Source: a virus (taxonomy: Duplodnaviria; Caudoviricetes). Taken from it: 64,000 nucleotides of DNA. The stretch lies in IMG/VR virus record IMGVR_UViG_3300030095_005132, positions 30,233-94,232 of that record; one strand, given 5' to 3'. Made by a program: the position numbers and the translations under genes. This document shows, in pieces, positions 19,173 through 30,562 of this stretch. Below the pieces are notes generated by a model that was given only the letters and a program-made list of their open reading frames with translations, made no database searches and had not been told where the DNA came from. Positions within the stretch are counted from its first letter, which is position 1. Each line of letters opens with the position of its first letter.

Positions 19173-22100
19173 ATGGCAACCGTAAAAAGATTTAATAAAT
19201 TACTTGGGCTTGAGAATATAGATGTATTAATTGATGAAAGAGACACTTCTAGACACATCATAATTACAGATATGCCTCAGAGTTTACCTCAAGGTAAAAG
19301 TTCATTTCTAATAGAAGTCTCGCCTTATATGAAAGAGGGTGTTGAACTTCAAGTAGATTTTATGGATTCAGAAGGTAATAGCATATACCTTGAACCAGTT
19401 CAAAATTATCTAGAGGGTTCTTCAAGAACTATGTCGGTTGAGATTTATGATACTACAGCTGCTGGTGTAGCCACTATGATATTGGTTGGTGAATTAGATA
19501 GGATACCAACAACTCCAGGAAATTTTAGTGAAACTGAAGAAGTTCCTGTAGATTTTCAAGGTGTGTATAATGTAAGACTCACTCGTGAAGTTATTATAAA
19601 TACAGCAGAATTAAATACTCAACCTATAAAATTTTATTCATCACCAAGACTTATAGCAAATGAGCAAAGATTTGGAACGATGGAGAGAGAGGTTGTAGAA
19701 GGTGAAGTAGCTTCAGCTGCTTTTACTGTCATTGGTAGACCAGTAACCCAACAATCTTATGAGGTATTTACTACAGAAGAAAATGAATCTAATGCACAAG
19801 GTTCTGGTGTTACTGAAACTAATGATAATAAATCTATAAAGCCACCTGATGGTGATGTAAAAGGCGATAAAGCAGAAAAAGAAAAATTAAAACAACACAC
19901 TAAAAAAAGAAGTGTCCGCACAGATAGTAGATTTAAAAGGTCTAGAAGAATTAGGAGAAGAAGGTCTCCTGTGGAATACCCCTATTCATTTTCTATATCT
20001 GATGAAGAGCATGAATTTACTACAAATGAAATTGGAGGAGAAATAAGATTTTCTGATATAGACACCACTATATATAACAGCGAAGATTTAACAAACAATG
20101 GTTTAGAAACACCCACATTTAATGTGGTGAGTGACACACTTGATGAAAATTTCCCAACACATTATACAGCCTCTATTGCTGATTTAAATAACAGCCTTAC
20201 TGCTTATACAAATACACCATTTACAAAACAAGACAGAGAGGGAAATTATAGAATATTAGAATTAAAAGCTACTGGTCAAACTTTTTATGAAAAACAACCA
20301 TCTGCTTCCTTTAGTTTAACAAATATAGTTTCTTATGCTGATATAACTTTAAGTCATTTAAGAACATTTTCAGGAGAATTATTTAAAGCAAAAGTTTATG
20401 TTAGAAGTGAGGGTTCTTTTGATGATTATAAATTATTGGCTGAAGTTCCTATAGAATCCCCTGAACTTATGATAAACTCAAATTCTGTTGGTATAGGTGA
20501 GCGAACAGGTTATTTTATTTCTGAAGAAGATAAAAATACATATTGGGATTTGTTTGGTAGTACTAACGGATTGACAGCAGCTTCATCAACATCAACAGCT
20601 TCTTTTGATAACAACACATTATTAGACTCAATTATGGTTTCAGGAAGTACATCTACATTTTCAGACCAAATAAGATTTCAATTAAAAGAAGATTATAAAT
20701 TTGTATTAACAAAGGATATAGATTACACATTGTCTTTCAACACCGTTGGTCAAAAGGATACTGATGGTAGAGCTTTAATGTTAGTATACATTTCAGGTTC
20801 TTGTATGAATCAAGCTAATAGTTTGTACAATGACGAATTTACTGAAATTAATATTGAAGAATCTTCAGCTTATGGTAAAAGAATGGGTGTATTGGAAGTG
20901 GAAACCAGTGATGATGATAGAAAAGATTTTAATTTAGTTAGTCACAATTTTAATACAGATTCAACTGGTGAGGCAACAATTCAATTCAGAGTAATATCAG
21001 GACAATGGAACTTATCTGATATATCTGTAATTCCAGCAACAGACACCGGATTCTCTCCGTCCTTTGTTAAGTTTCAACAACAATTACCACCTGAATTAAC
21101 ACATAAGAGACCTGAAACATTAGAATTTCTAACAGAATTTTATGATATGAATAATAATTTGGCTGATGAAATAGCAGTAACAACTGGCTCTATATTCACA
21201 GGTGCTAATATGGTTATTACTGGCGATGATAATACAATGAGTGGTGACTTATTTATCGGTGGTGATACTACCGGTAGTGGAATGCACTTTGGTGGTGTAG
21301 ACTCTAACTTGCCAGAAACAGGTACTGATGGTGCTACCGGTTCTGGCTTTATGAGGTCGGTTGGTTATTTAGGATTTGCTTCAGCTTCAGATGCATCATT
21401 GGATGGTAAACCTGGCTTTATGATTTATAGTGGTTCTGTTTTACCTGATAGTGGTGAAAATTATGCTGGTGTTGGCTTGGAATTGGTTGGTGCTAGTGGT
21501 TCTCTAAAATTTAGAACAAATCCAAGTTTATTTGATGTTCAAGCAGATGCATTTTTTGTAGGTAAAACTACAACCCAATTCATAAGTGGTTCAGGAGAAA
21601 AGATAGAAATAAGTTCATCAAACTTTCATTTAGATGACGCAGGTAATGTGGATATGACGGGTACTATTACTGCTAATGCTGGAGAAGTCGGAGGCTTTAC
21701 AATAAAGGATAGTAGTCTTAGAGCTGGTACAGGAAACTCATCAGTTACAATGAGTGGCGCAGACCAATTAATGAAATTTGGTAGTGGTTCTACATTTACT
21801 GCTAGTGAAATAGATGGAATACTTTTTGGTAAAGATACGGATGGTAAGTATAAATTTGGTGTTGGTAAGGGCGGCTCTTATGTATTTTTTGATGGTGATG
21901 CTGTACAAATAGCCTCAGAAGATATCAATGTAACTGCTTCAGTTTTCTCTATTGATGTGGATGAATTTAAGTTAAGTGCTACAAATTTATTTGTAAGTTC
22001 TAGTGAAGGTGGTTTTGTATCTCTTGGAAACCCAAGACCATCTGGTATAGGTGGTACTAATAATGGTATATTTATGCAGGGTAGAAATCCAGACGATACC

Positions 22101-25100
22101 AAACCTAAGTTCTTAGCAGGTAATGCAGCTGGCGGTCATATATCATTCGATGGTGATAATGTTTTTATGTCATCTTCTGCTTTCTTCTTAGGCTCACCAT
22201 CTCAATTTGTAAGTGGTTCTTTGGGTAATGTAGAAATAAGCTCATCAAATTTTCATTTGGATAATGCTGGTAATGTAATAATGAGTGGTAAGATTACTGC
22301 TAATGAAGGTGCGATTGGTGGTTTTAATATAACAGATGATGCATTATCTTCTACAAACTTTTTTATAAGTGGTAGTCCAACTGCTGGTGGAGATGATACT
22401 CCCGAACATATGTTTATTAGTGCTTCTAATTTTAATGTTAAGGCTAGTGGTGATGTTACTGCATCTGCTCTTTCATTAACTGGAGGTGATGTAGGTGGTT
22501 TATCTGTAGAAAGTGGAGTTATATCAGTAGGCTCTATTCTAAAATTAAAAGATAGTGGTCAAATAACTGGTTCAAAAGTATTATTTAGTGGTGGTACAAT
22601 TGGCGGCTTTACTGTAAATGGTGGAGCAGGTCAGAGTAGTTTAATTGGTAAAACGAGTGATCCAGCTGAAAGATTTAGACTGGATTTGCTGAGTGGAGAA
22701 TTGCAAGTAGAAGGAAATGATGGTTTTGGAATAACTTTAGGCGGCGATGCTTCTAGTGGTTATGAAGCAACAACTGACACTAGTATACCAATAGTTTTAG
22801 CTACTACAGAAGATGCTAGTAGGACTGTTGTTAGATTTGGTGATTCGGGTCAGTTCTTTAAATTTGATTCTGGCGCAACGCCAAAATTAACTATTAGCTC
22901 AAGTGATTACTTTCTTGGCACATCTACTACTTTTATAAGTGGTTCTAACGGAAATATTAAAGTTAGTGGAAGTAATTTAGAATTAGAAACACCAAAGTTT
23001 TTCTTAGGTAGAAAGGGTAATCAATTTGTAAGTGGTTCTAATGGTAATGTAGAGATAAGTTCATCGGATTTTCATTTAACTGCGCAAGGAGATGTAACTG
23101 CTTCTGCTATATTGTTAGGCGACAAGGATGGTAGTAATTTTTTACAATTTGCTGGTGATACTTTAACTGTAAGAGGAGATTTAGCAGTTGATTCATTATT
23201 CTTACCATCAACTATAGATGGTGCAACATCAACAGCCGTAAACGCTTCTTCATCTTTAGATTCAAATGGTTTTGCTAAATTCGTATCAGCCTCCATCGGT
23301 GGATTTATAGTAAATTCATCACAAATAAATTCCGTAAATAATAATATAGTCTTACAATCCAATGGTGCGGCTACGATAAGTGGTAGCTCTGTAAATTTAC
23401 AAGCTCCTATATTTTATTTAGGAAACCAAACAAATTTCATAAGCGGCAGTAATGGAAATATAGAAATATTCAATAGTGGTGCAACCACAATAAGTGGTAG
23501 TTCTGTAAATGTTCAAACTCCAAAGTTTTATTTAGGGGAAACTGATAATTTTATAAGTGGTAGTAATGGGAATATAGAAATATTTAATACAGGAACTACA
23601 ACTATTAGTGGAAGTGCGGTAAATATTCAAACACCTAAATTTTATTTAGGAGAAACTGGTCAATTTATAAGTGGTAGTAATGGAAATATTGAGATAAGTT
23701 CTTCTAATTTTCATTTAGATAGTGCTGGTAACGTTGTTATGTCAGGTAAAGTAACCGCTGATACAGGAGAAATAGGTGGATTTACAATAGGAGATGATTT
23801 AGATTCTACAGCCGGTACATTAAAATTAAAAGGAGCTAGTGGACAAATAACAGCATCAGCTGCTCAGATAACCGGTAAGATAACCGCTCAAACAGGAACT
23901 ATTGGTGGGTTCAACATCGGAACAGATTTAGATTCATCTGCTGGTACATTAAAATTAAAAGGAGCAACAGGACAGATTACTGCTTCAGCTGCTCAAATTA
24001 CAGGTAAGATTACAGCTACAAGTGGGCAAATTGCTGACTTTACAATTGACGGAACAAAACTAAAACAAGGAACAGCATTTCATTTAGATGGGGCTTCCAG
24101 TGCTGAATACTTTATATCATCTTCCGACTTTCAAGTTACCCCAGCTGGACAACTTACAGGTTCAAGCGCTTTATTTGACGGAACAATAGATGTAACCGGT
24201 ACAGGAACAATAGCTGGTTGGACTATAGCTTCGGGAAGATTTAATGATTCCGGAGATAATCTTAGACTCGATGGTGATGAAAGTCAGATATCAGTAAAAA
24301 ATCATACTTTTGGTCAAGCTGGTATTCAGTTACAATATAATAGTGGAACTACAAGAATGTATGTTGGTGATGGTGCCAATAAACATTTAAAATTTGATGG
24401 TTCTGATGTTGATATAAAATCTGCTAAATTTGAATTGGATGCTACTAATTTAGAATTATCATCAACACACGCTTCAATGAGTTTGGGTGAAGGTAAGATT
24501 AGATTAGTTGGTGCTTCCACATCAACAATCACAGTTGGTGCTGCTAACGCAATAAAACTATCGGATGATGGTAGTGACAGATTTTTAGTTGTAGGAAGTA
24601 AAACTTCGTTTACACATTTTGACCAATCTACTGCTGGTTTAATATTAGGAACTGATAATGGAACTACAAAGTTTGAGTTAGCAGCCGATGCAAATAATTA
24701 CATATCGTTTGATGGTTCTGCTTTTGATATTAAAACTGAAGTTTTTACTTTAGATACCACAAATTTAGATATAAATTCATCCACAAAAAGAATTGAGGTT
24801 TCAGATGGTAGTAATGTAAGGGTTAGAATAGGTGAGGTTGATTCTACTTCAGCTAATCATTTTGGTATAACAATATATGATGGAACCGGTACAGCAGCTT
24901 CAGATGAGATAGTTCATCTTAGTGATGCTAAAAATCAAATAGCTAGTTGGTCTTTAAGTCCTAATCAGATTTCAAGTAATAATTTAATATTAGATTCAGA
25001 TGGAACTATACAAACAGCAGATTTTGCTAGTAATGTAAAGGGTTGGAGAATAACATCAGCAAATAATGGTGAGGCAGAATTTGAAAATGTAAGAATTAGA

Positions 25101-28100
25101 GGAACTTTATCCACTGCTGTATTTGAAAAAGAAACAGTAAATGCTGTAGGTGGACAATTGTATGTTGCTAATTCTACTGCAATAACAGGCTCTGATACTT
25201 TAGCTGCTACTGCAACTACGATGAGTGTGGTTAATGTAACCGGATTTGCAGAAAACGAAGTTTTATCTGCAAAGAAGGTAACTTCCACCGGATTTGGTAC
25301 GGAATATATGTTAGTTCAGAGTTCTTCAAGGGATAACCCATCAAGCGAATCAGACTTTGCTGGAAAGCTTTTTTTAATTAGAGGATACAGAAGTGGTAGT
25401 AATGGAATATCTGGATCTTTAGGTGATATAGCAAATGCTTCACAATCATATGAGCCAGGTCAAGTTATAGTATCAACCGGAAAAGTAGGAACCGGTTACA
25501 TAAGATTAAATGCAAATCCAAATGATTCGACAACTCCGTATATGGATATTGTTGAAAGAACTGGTAGTGGAGTCTATGATGTAGATTTGAAGGCTCGTTT
25601 GGGTGATTTGAGTGGATTAAGTAGTGGGTTACTTTATGGGGAATCAAATCCTGGCTTTGGATTATTTACAGAAAATGTATTTTTAAGCGGAGCTATAACT
25701 GCTACTACGGGTTCTATAACCGGAATACTTCATGTTAGAACAGATTTATTAAATCAAGTAACAATAGGAACAAATGTTAAAAATTCTCTTGATGGTATTC
25801 ACATAAATGATAATAACTTTTGGTATACCAATGGTCATTTTAGAACAGGATTCGATAGTGATAATTTTATACACCAATCGGGTTCTGCTCTTACCTTAAA
25901 ATCAGAAACGTTTACGTTAAAAGGTGGAACTACTTTAATATTAGATAGTACTACACCTAAATTAGTAATGGGAAGCAGTGCTGCTTCAATAACAGATACG
26001 GATAATACCGGTATCTATATGGATGGTAGTGGTAAGTTTAGGGTTGGTGAAGATCAGGGAAGTGGTGATAACTTTATTTACTTCAATGGAACTACCATAC
26101 AGATGAAATCAACTGTATTTGATTTGGTTGCCGGTTCTACCCTCGTTATTAATAGTTCTACACCTAAGATTGCATTGGGTGCTAGTGCTACTGGACAAAG
26201 TTTGACTAGTGGAACTGGTATCTTTATGAATGGAAGTGGACATTTTAAGGCTGGTAAAGCAGGTCACGGTAGAATTGAATGGGATGGGACTGATGTATAT
26301 GTAAGTTCATCTGCATTCTTCTTAGGAAGTGATTCACAATTTTTAAGTGGTTCAAATGGTAACTTAGAAATAAGTTCTTCTAAATTTCATTTACAGCCAG
26401 ATGGTGACACCATTATGCAGGGTAAAATTACTGCTACAAGCGGTGAAATAGCTGGTTTGAGCATAGAATCAGACAAAATTTATGTTGGTACTGGTAATCA
26501 TAACAACAGTGATACATCATTCTATGTAGAGAATGACGGAAAATTTAGTTTAAAAGATAAGTTATCTTGGGATGGGAGTGATTTATCAATTGAGGGTTCG
26601 ATAACAATTACAGGAGGAAGTGGTTTTGCTTCACCAGCTGCTGTTAGTGGTAGTGTAAGCGATTTAAGTGGTTCGGTAGCTACTGATGTTGGTGGATTAG
26701 CGGTAGCTTCTTCATCAATGGCATCAACTGCAAGATTGACAAGCACTGGTATGGAAATACTGAATAGTGATGATAATGTAATAGCAGCGTATAGTGCTGA
26801 CGCGGTTATTGGTAGAACTGATGCAGGACAAAGTAATGTATTAATTGATTCGGACGGGAGTATTGATATTAGAAGGGGAACTGAAGTATCTGCATCCTTT
26901 GGTACAACAACTACAATAGGTCCAACTTCCGGTAATCATGTTGAAATTACTTCAACTTCTTTGGCAATAAAAACATCCTCAAATGTAACTGCTCTATCAG
27001 CATCAGCGGCTGGTTTGGATATGGCTGGAACTATAAAGGCGAGTGGTGGAACAATTGGTGGGTTTGATATAGGAACTGATTTAGAATCACAATCCGGAAC
27101 TTTAAATTTAAAAGGTAGTACCGGACAGATTACAGGTTCAGCTGTATTATTTGATGGTGGTAAAATAGGTGGATTTACAATTGATGCTGATGAGATTAAA
27201 AGTGGAACTAATATAGGTTTAGATTCTACTAATAAAAAATTAACAATAAACGATACCACATTTGGAAATGAAGGAATACAATTAGAATATAATGGTGGTA
27301 CGCCAAGACTTTATGTTGGTGATGGTTCAAATGAATTTTTTAAATACGATGGAACTAATATAGACATTAGAACACAAAAGTTAAATGCTAGTGGTAGTAG
27401 TATAATACTAAAATCATCTGATTTTTATCTTGGTGATAGCTCAAACTTTGTAAGTGGGAGCGGTGGTAATCTCAGTATATTTAGTACCGGAGATACCACA
27501 TTGAGTGGTAGTTCTATTACTTTGTCTACTCCGAAATTTTTTATGGGAGAAGTATCTCAATTTATAAGTGGTAGTAATGGAAACATTGAAATAAGCTCTT
27601 CCAACTTTCATTTACAACCTGATGGTAATGTAATAATGAGTGGTACGGTTACTGCTGGTGCTGGTGAGATAGGTGGATTCACACTATCCGATACAGAAAT
27701 AAGTGCTAGTGGATTAGTATTAAAGGCTAGTGGACAAATGACTGCTTCTGCAGTATCGATGTCTGGAATGATAAATGCTAGTTCAGGACAGATTGGTAAC
27801 TTTGCTATAGACAGTAATAATTTAGTGGGTGGAGGGACCTTTCAATTAAATCCAACTAACAATAGTGGTGAGGTTAGAATGGGTAGTAGTTTTGGACCAA
27901 ACTCAGCTGATAGTACGACTACCGGTATTTACCTAAGTGGTACTGGTGAGTTTGGTTTCATTCAAGACACAAATAATAGGGTTTTTTCGGATGGAAATGG
28001 TCTTGATATACGTTCAACCGAATTTGTTTTGAATGCAGGAACATTAGAATTAGAAAATAAAACAACAACAACAGGAAAACTTCGTTTGGGTGGAACATTA

Positions 28101-29327
28101 CCAACAGCATACGATAGTGGGGTTGGTTTTTATGCTGATGGTACTGGTAAATTTCTTGTTGGTAACTCAACTGGTTCAAGGATTCAATATGATGGTAATA
28201 ATACACTTATATTGAGTTCATCTAAATTTGTTATTGGTGATATAGGTAGTAACTTTGTTAGTGGTAGTGATGGTAATTTAGAGATAAGTTCATCTAAATT
28301 TCATTTAGACAGTAAGAATGAAATTTTTAGCGTAGGACAACCATCTGGTAGTAGAATACAATTTGATGGAACTGAGTTAATTATGAGTTCATCTAAATTT
28401 TTATTGGGTGGTGGGGAACAATTTGTAAGTGGTTCAAATGGTAACATAGAAATCAGCTCATCAAATTTTCACTTACAGCCAGACGGTGATGTTGTTATGT
28501 CAGGTACTGTTACTGCAAATGCTGGTGCTATAGGTGGGTTTACAATAAATTCTGGCGCTATAGAATCATCTAACATCAAAATTTCTTCTACGCACGCTTC
28601 AATGTCACTAGGAGGAAACGTAAAGATAGTTGGAGGAACAGACAGTTTTATTGCTGGTGGATCTTCACATTTAGATGATCCTTTTGGTGCTGCTTTTGAC
28701 AATGATAATACTGGCTTTGTTCTTGGTATAGATGATGATGTTGTAAAATTTGAAATATCTGATGATTCTGGTGATAATAAAATAGTTTTTGATTCATCGG
28801 CTAGTGATGTATTAGTATTAAAGGCTGAAAGTTTTTCATTTGGTTCAACAAACTTTAAGCTTACAGACTCGTCACTTAAATTAGGTACAATAGATAATGT
28901 GACAGATACAGCATCTACTGAAACAGGATTCTTTGTAGACAGCAGTGGTAATGTATTAATAAAAACAGGCACTAGTTCCGAGACGGGCTATATGCAATTT
29001 AACAGTAATAATTTAAAAATAAAGACAAGTAATTTTGAAGTAGATGGTGGAGATGTAACAATAACAGGTGCTGTTACAGCAACCAGTGGTAATATTGCAA
29101 CGTTTTCTATAACATCGGGTAGTATTGATTCAAATTCTAATAATGCAAAGCGTGGAATAAAAGTAGAGCCAGGCGCATCAATTAGAGGTTACGGAAATGA
29201 GGTACATAAAACAACTACAGTGGCAGGAAAATTTAGTTTTTCTGTGGGCTCAGTATCGCCATCAGCAACAGCTAACGTTCCGTTTAATAGCAACTACTCA
29301 GCACCGCCTGGTTTGAGTGGTGATTAA
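19173..29327 (+). CDS. giant repetitive tail fibre/spike-like protein (about 3384 aa)
   Basis: Gly/Ser-rich beta-strand repeats (F[IV]SGSNGNxEISSSxFHL about 12 copies; GxIGGFxI); ATG 19173 with AGGA SD preferred over 19146. Confidence 0.75.
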   Translation: MATVKRFNKLLGLENIDVLIDERDTSRHIIITDMPQSLPQGKSSFLIEVSPYMKEGVELQVDFMDSEGNSIYLEPVQNYLEGSSRTMSVEIYDTTAAGVATMILVGELDRIPTTPGNFSETEEVPVDFQGVYNVRLTREVIINTAELNTQPIKFYSSPRLIANEQRFGTMEREVVEGEVASAAFTVIGRPVTQQSYEVFTTEENESNAQGSGVTETNDNKSIKPPDGDVKGDKAEKEKLKQHTKKRSVRTDSRFKRSRRIRRRRSPVEYPYSFSISDEEHEFTTNEIGGEIRFSDIDTTIYNSEDLTNNGLETPTFNVVSDTLDENFPTHYTASIADLNNSLTAYTNTPFTKQDREGNYRILELKATGQTFYEKQPSASFSLTNIVSYADITLSHLRTFSGELFKAKVYVRSEGSFDDYKLLAEVPIESPELMINSNSVGIGERTGYFISEEDKNTYWDLFGSTNGLTAASSTSTASFDNNTLLDSIMVSGSTSTFSDQIRFQLKEDYKFVLTKDIDYTLSFNTVGQKDTDGRALMLVYISGSCMNQANSLYNDEFTEINIEESSAYGKRMGVLEVETSDDDRKDFNLVSHNFNTDSTGEATIQFRVISGQWNLSDISVIPATDTGFSPSFVKFQQQLPPELTHKRPETLEFLTEFYDMNNNLADEIAVTTGSIFTGANMVITGDDNTMSGDLFIGGDTTGSGMHFGGVDSNLPETGTDGATGSGFMRSVGYLGFASASDASLDGKPGFMIYSGSVLPDSGENYAGVGLELVGASGSLKFRTNPSLFDVQADAFFVGKTTTQFISGSGEKIEISSSNFHLDDAGNVDMTGTITANAGEVGGFTIKDSSLRAGTGNSSVTMSGADQLMKFGSGSTFTASEIDGILFGKDTDGKYKFGVGKGGSYVFFDGDAVQIASEDINVTASVFSIDVDEFKLSATNLFVSSSEGGFVSLGNPRPSGIGGTNNGIFMQGRNPDDTKPKFLAGNAAGGHISFDGDNVFMSSSAFFLGSPSQFVSGSLGNVEISSSNFHLDNAGNVIMSGKITANEGAIGGFNITDDALSSTNFFISGSPTAGGDDTPEHMFISASNFNVKASGDVTASALSLTGGDVGGLSVESGVISVGSILKLKDSGQITGSKVLFSGGTIGGFTVNGGAGQSSLIGKTSDPAERFRLDLLSGELQVEGNDGFGITLGGDASSGYEATTDTSIPIVLATTEDASRTVVRFGDSGQFFKFDSGATPKLTISSSDYFLGTSTTFISGSNGNIKVSGSNLELETPKFFLGRKGNQFVSGSNGNVEISSSDFHLTAQGDVTASAILLGDKDGSNFLQFAGDTLTVRGDLAVDSLFLPSTIDGATSTAVNASSSLDSNGFAKFVSASIGGFIVNSSQINSVNNNIVLQSNGAATISGSSVNLQAPIFYLGNQTNFISGSNGNIEIFNSGATTISGSSVNVQTPKFYLGETDNFISGSNGNIEIFNTGTTTISGSAVNIQTPKFYLGETGQFISGSNGNIEISSSNFHLDSAGNVVMSGKVTADTGEIGGFTIGDDLDSTAGTLKLKGASGQITASAAQITGKITAQTGTIGGFNIGTDLDSSAGTLKLKGATGQITASAAQITGKITATSGQIADFTIDGTKLKQGTAFHLDGASSAEYFISSSDFQVTPAGQLTGSSALFDGTIDVTGTGTIAGWTIASGRFNDSGDNLRLDGDESQISVKNHTFGQAGIQLQYNSGTTRMYVGDGANKHLKFDGSDVDIKSAKFELDATNLELSSTHASMSLGEGKIRLVGASTSTITVGAANAIKLSDDGSDRFLVVGSKTSFTHFDQSTAGLILGTDNGTTKFELAADANNYISFDGSAFDIKTEVFTLDTTNLDINSSTKRIEVSDGSNVRVRIGEVDSTSANHFGITIYDGTGTAASDEIVHLSDAKNQIASWSLSPNQISSNNLILDSDGTIQTADFASNVKGWRITSANNGEAEFENVRIRGTLSTAVFEKETVNAVGGQLYVANSTAITGSDTLAATATTMSVVNVTGFAENEVLSAKKVTSTGFGTEYMLVQSSSRDNPSSESDFAGKLFLIRGYRSGSNGISGSLGDIANASQSYEPGQVIVSTGKVGTGYIRLNANPNDSTTPYMDIVERTGSGVYDVDLKARLGDLSGLSSGLLYGESNPGFGLFTENVFLSGAITATTGSITGILHVRTDLLNQVTIGTNVKNSLDGIHINDNNFWYTNGHFRTGFDSDNFIHQSGSALTLKSETFTLKGGTTLILDSTTPKLVMGSSAASITDTDNTGIYMDGSGKFRVGEDQGSGDNFIYFNGTTIQMKSTVFDLVAGSTLVINSSTPKIALGASATGQSLTSGTGIFMNGSGHFKAGKAGHGRIEWDGTDVYVSSSAFFLGSDSQFLSGSNGNLEISSSKFHLQPDGDTIMQGKITATSGEIAGLSIESDKIYVGTGNHNNSDTSFYVENDGKFSLKDKLSWDGSDLSIEGSITITGGSGFASPAAVSGSVSDLSGSVATDVGGLAVASSSMASTARLTSTGMEILNSDDNVIAAYSADAVIGRTDAGQSNVLIDSDGSIDIRRGTEVSASFGTTTTIGPTSGNHVEITSTSLAIKTSSNVTALSASAAGLDMAGTIKASGGTIGGFDIGTDLESQSGTLNLKGSTGQITGSAVLFDGGKIGGFTIDADEIKSGTNIGLDSTNKKLTINDTTFGNEGIQLEYNGGTPRLYVGDGSNEFFKYDGTNIDIRTQKLNASGSSIILKSSDFYLGDSSNFVSGSGGNLSIFSTGDTTLSGSSITLSTPKFFMGEVSQFISGSNGNIEISSSNFHLQPDGNVIMSGTVTAGAGEIGGFTLSDTEISASGLVLKASGQMTASAVSMSGMINASSGQIGNFAIDSNNLVGGGTFQLNPTNNSGEVRMGSSFGPNSADSTTTGIYLSGTGEFGFIQDTNNRVFSDGNGLDIRSTEFVLNAGTLELENKTTTTGKLRLGGTLPTAYDSGVGFYADGTGKFLVGNSTGSRIQYDGNNTLILSSSKFVIGDIGSNFVSGSDGNLEISSSKFHLDSKNEIFSVGQPSGSRIQFDGTELIMSSSKFLLGGGEQFVSGSNGNIEISSSNFHLQPDGDVVMSGTVTANAGAIGGFTINSGAIESSNIKISSTHASMSLGGNVKIVGGTDSFIAGGSSHLDDPFGAAFDNDNTGFVLGIDDDVVKFEISDDSGDNKIVFDSSASDVLVLKAESFSFGSTNFKLTDSSLKLGTIDNVTDTASTETGFFVDSSGNVLIKTGTSSETGYMQFNSNNLKIKTSNFEVDGGDVTITGAVTATSGNIATFSITSGSIDSNSNNAKRGIKVEPGASIRGYGNEVHKTTTVAGKFSFSVGSVSPSATANVPFNSNYSAPPGLSGD

Positions 29328-29343
29328 TAATAAGGAGTAAATA

Positions 29344-30510
29344 ATGGCAGATTATCCATTTAGAGTAAATATGATGCCCAAAAATGGAGAAGGCACAGTA
29401 GCTTTTTTCACATCATCTTTAGCAGATGATAACGAGGGTGATCAAGTACTAACTGCGGCTGATATGGTAGAAAAAATTAATTTAATGCCCAGCGCGTCAT
29501 ATGAGGATGGGACACTAACTCCATCATCCGTAGAAGCGGCACATAATTTTGGGGGTGCTAGAAATATACACTTATCGTGTTCGGTTTCATCTCCACTAAC
29601 AGGTAGTATAATATTTCAAGATAAAGAGACTGCTACAAATGGTGGATTAGATTTTTACACATTTTGGGGAACAAAGGTTTGTTCTGTTTTAGGTTTACCT
29701 GAGGGAATACCAATATACACAGAAAACTTTAAACTATCAGATGACTCTAATAATCCTGACAATTATCTGTCGGGTGATGTTATTGCGAATGGTGTATCGA
29801 TAAAAGATACCTTTAAATTATCTCCACAAGCTAGATTGAAAAGTAATTTAATATGGGATAAAGAAAATGGAGAAGGTTTAGCACAATGGGTTAGTGGTAG
29901 TATAACCCAAGCAAGTATTGGCTATGATGACCAAAACGATAGGTATAAGCTAAATATAGCTACAGCATCAATCTCTAGATTAGAGGTCGATTCGGGTGTA
30001 AATGGTACATCAGATGTTTTTTTTCGTGGAATAACAGGTACCGCCAATAAGGAATATTGGATTCCACAGATGTTTATGTCTGGTTTTAATTATGGTTCAG
30101 GTGGAGGAACTCAGGTGGTGGTGCCGTTCACATCGGTTCAAGAACAAACCTCTACAACAAATACTATGGAATATAGTAACATTATAATGCCCTTTGATGC
30201 TATGGTGAAGAGTGTATCTGTACGCGCTTCGAGTGCAGGTAGCGCCGCCTTTATTAATATGTTTAAATTAACAGATGGTACGGAAGGGGTAACTCTTGGA
30301 GGCGGTGGTCCTACTGAAGGTGATGCTATGGCTTCTGTTAACATAACTGCTGATGATACTGTATATTCTGCAGGTTTTTCTTCAGTTACAACTGATGGTC
30401 TATATGTTTCTAAGGGAGAAGCAGTATTGTTTACTTTTGATCCAGCTTCCGACACAAACGATACTAGAATAACAGTTTTATTTATGGTAAACCCATCCTC
30501 ACTTGGATAG
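29344..30510 (+). CDS. structural protein (fibre-associated), hypothetical
   Basis: AAGGAG SD; Ser/Gly-rich beta composition; follows the giant fibre gene. Confidence 0.6.
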   Translation: MADYPFRVNMMPKNGEGTVAFFTSSLADDNEGDQVLTAADMVEKINLMPSASYEDGTLTPSSVEAAHNFGGARNIHLSCSVSSPLTGSIIFQDKETATNGGLDFYTFWGTKVCSVLGLPEGIPIYTENFKLSDDSNNPDNYLSGDVIANGVSIKDTFKLSPQARLKSNLIWDKENGEGLAQWVSGSITQASIGYDDQNDRYKLNIATASISRLEVDSGVNGTSDVFFRGITGTANKEYWIPQMFMSGFNYGSGGGTQVVVPFTSVQEQTSTTNTMEYSNIIMPFDAMVKSVSVRASSAGSAAFINMFKLTDGTEGVTLGGGGPTEGDAMASVNITADDTVYSAGFSSVTTDGLYVSKGEAVLFTFDPASDTNDTRITVLFMVNPSSLG

Positions 30511-30530
30511 ACTGATAATTAACAAATCTT

Positions 30531-30539
30531 ATATTTATA
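30531..30539 (+). promoter_or_regulatory. candidate late promoter ATATTTATA
   Basis: Recurrent intergenic motif. Confidence 0.6.
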
Positions 30540-30562
30540 TATGAATAATAACATAGGAAATT

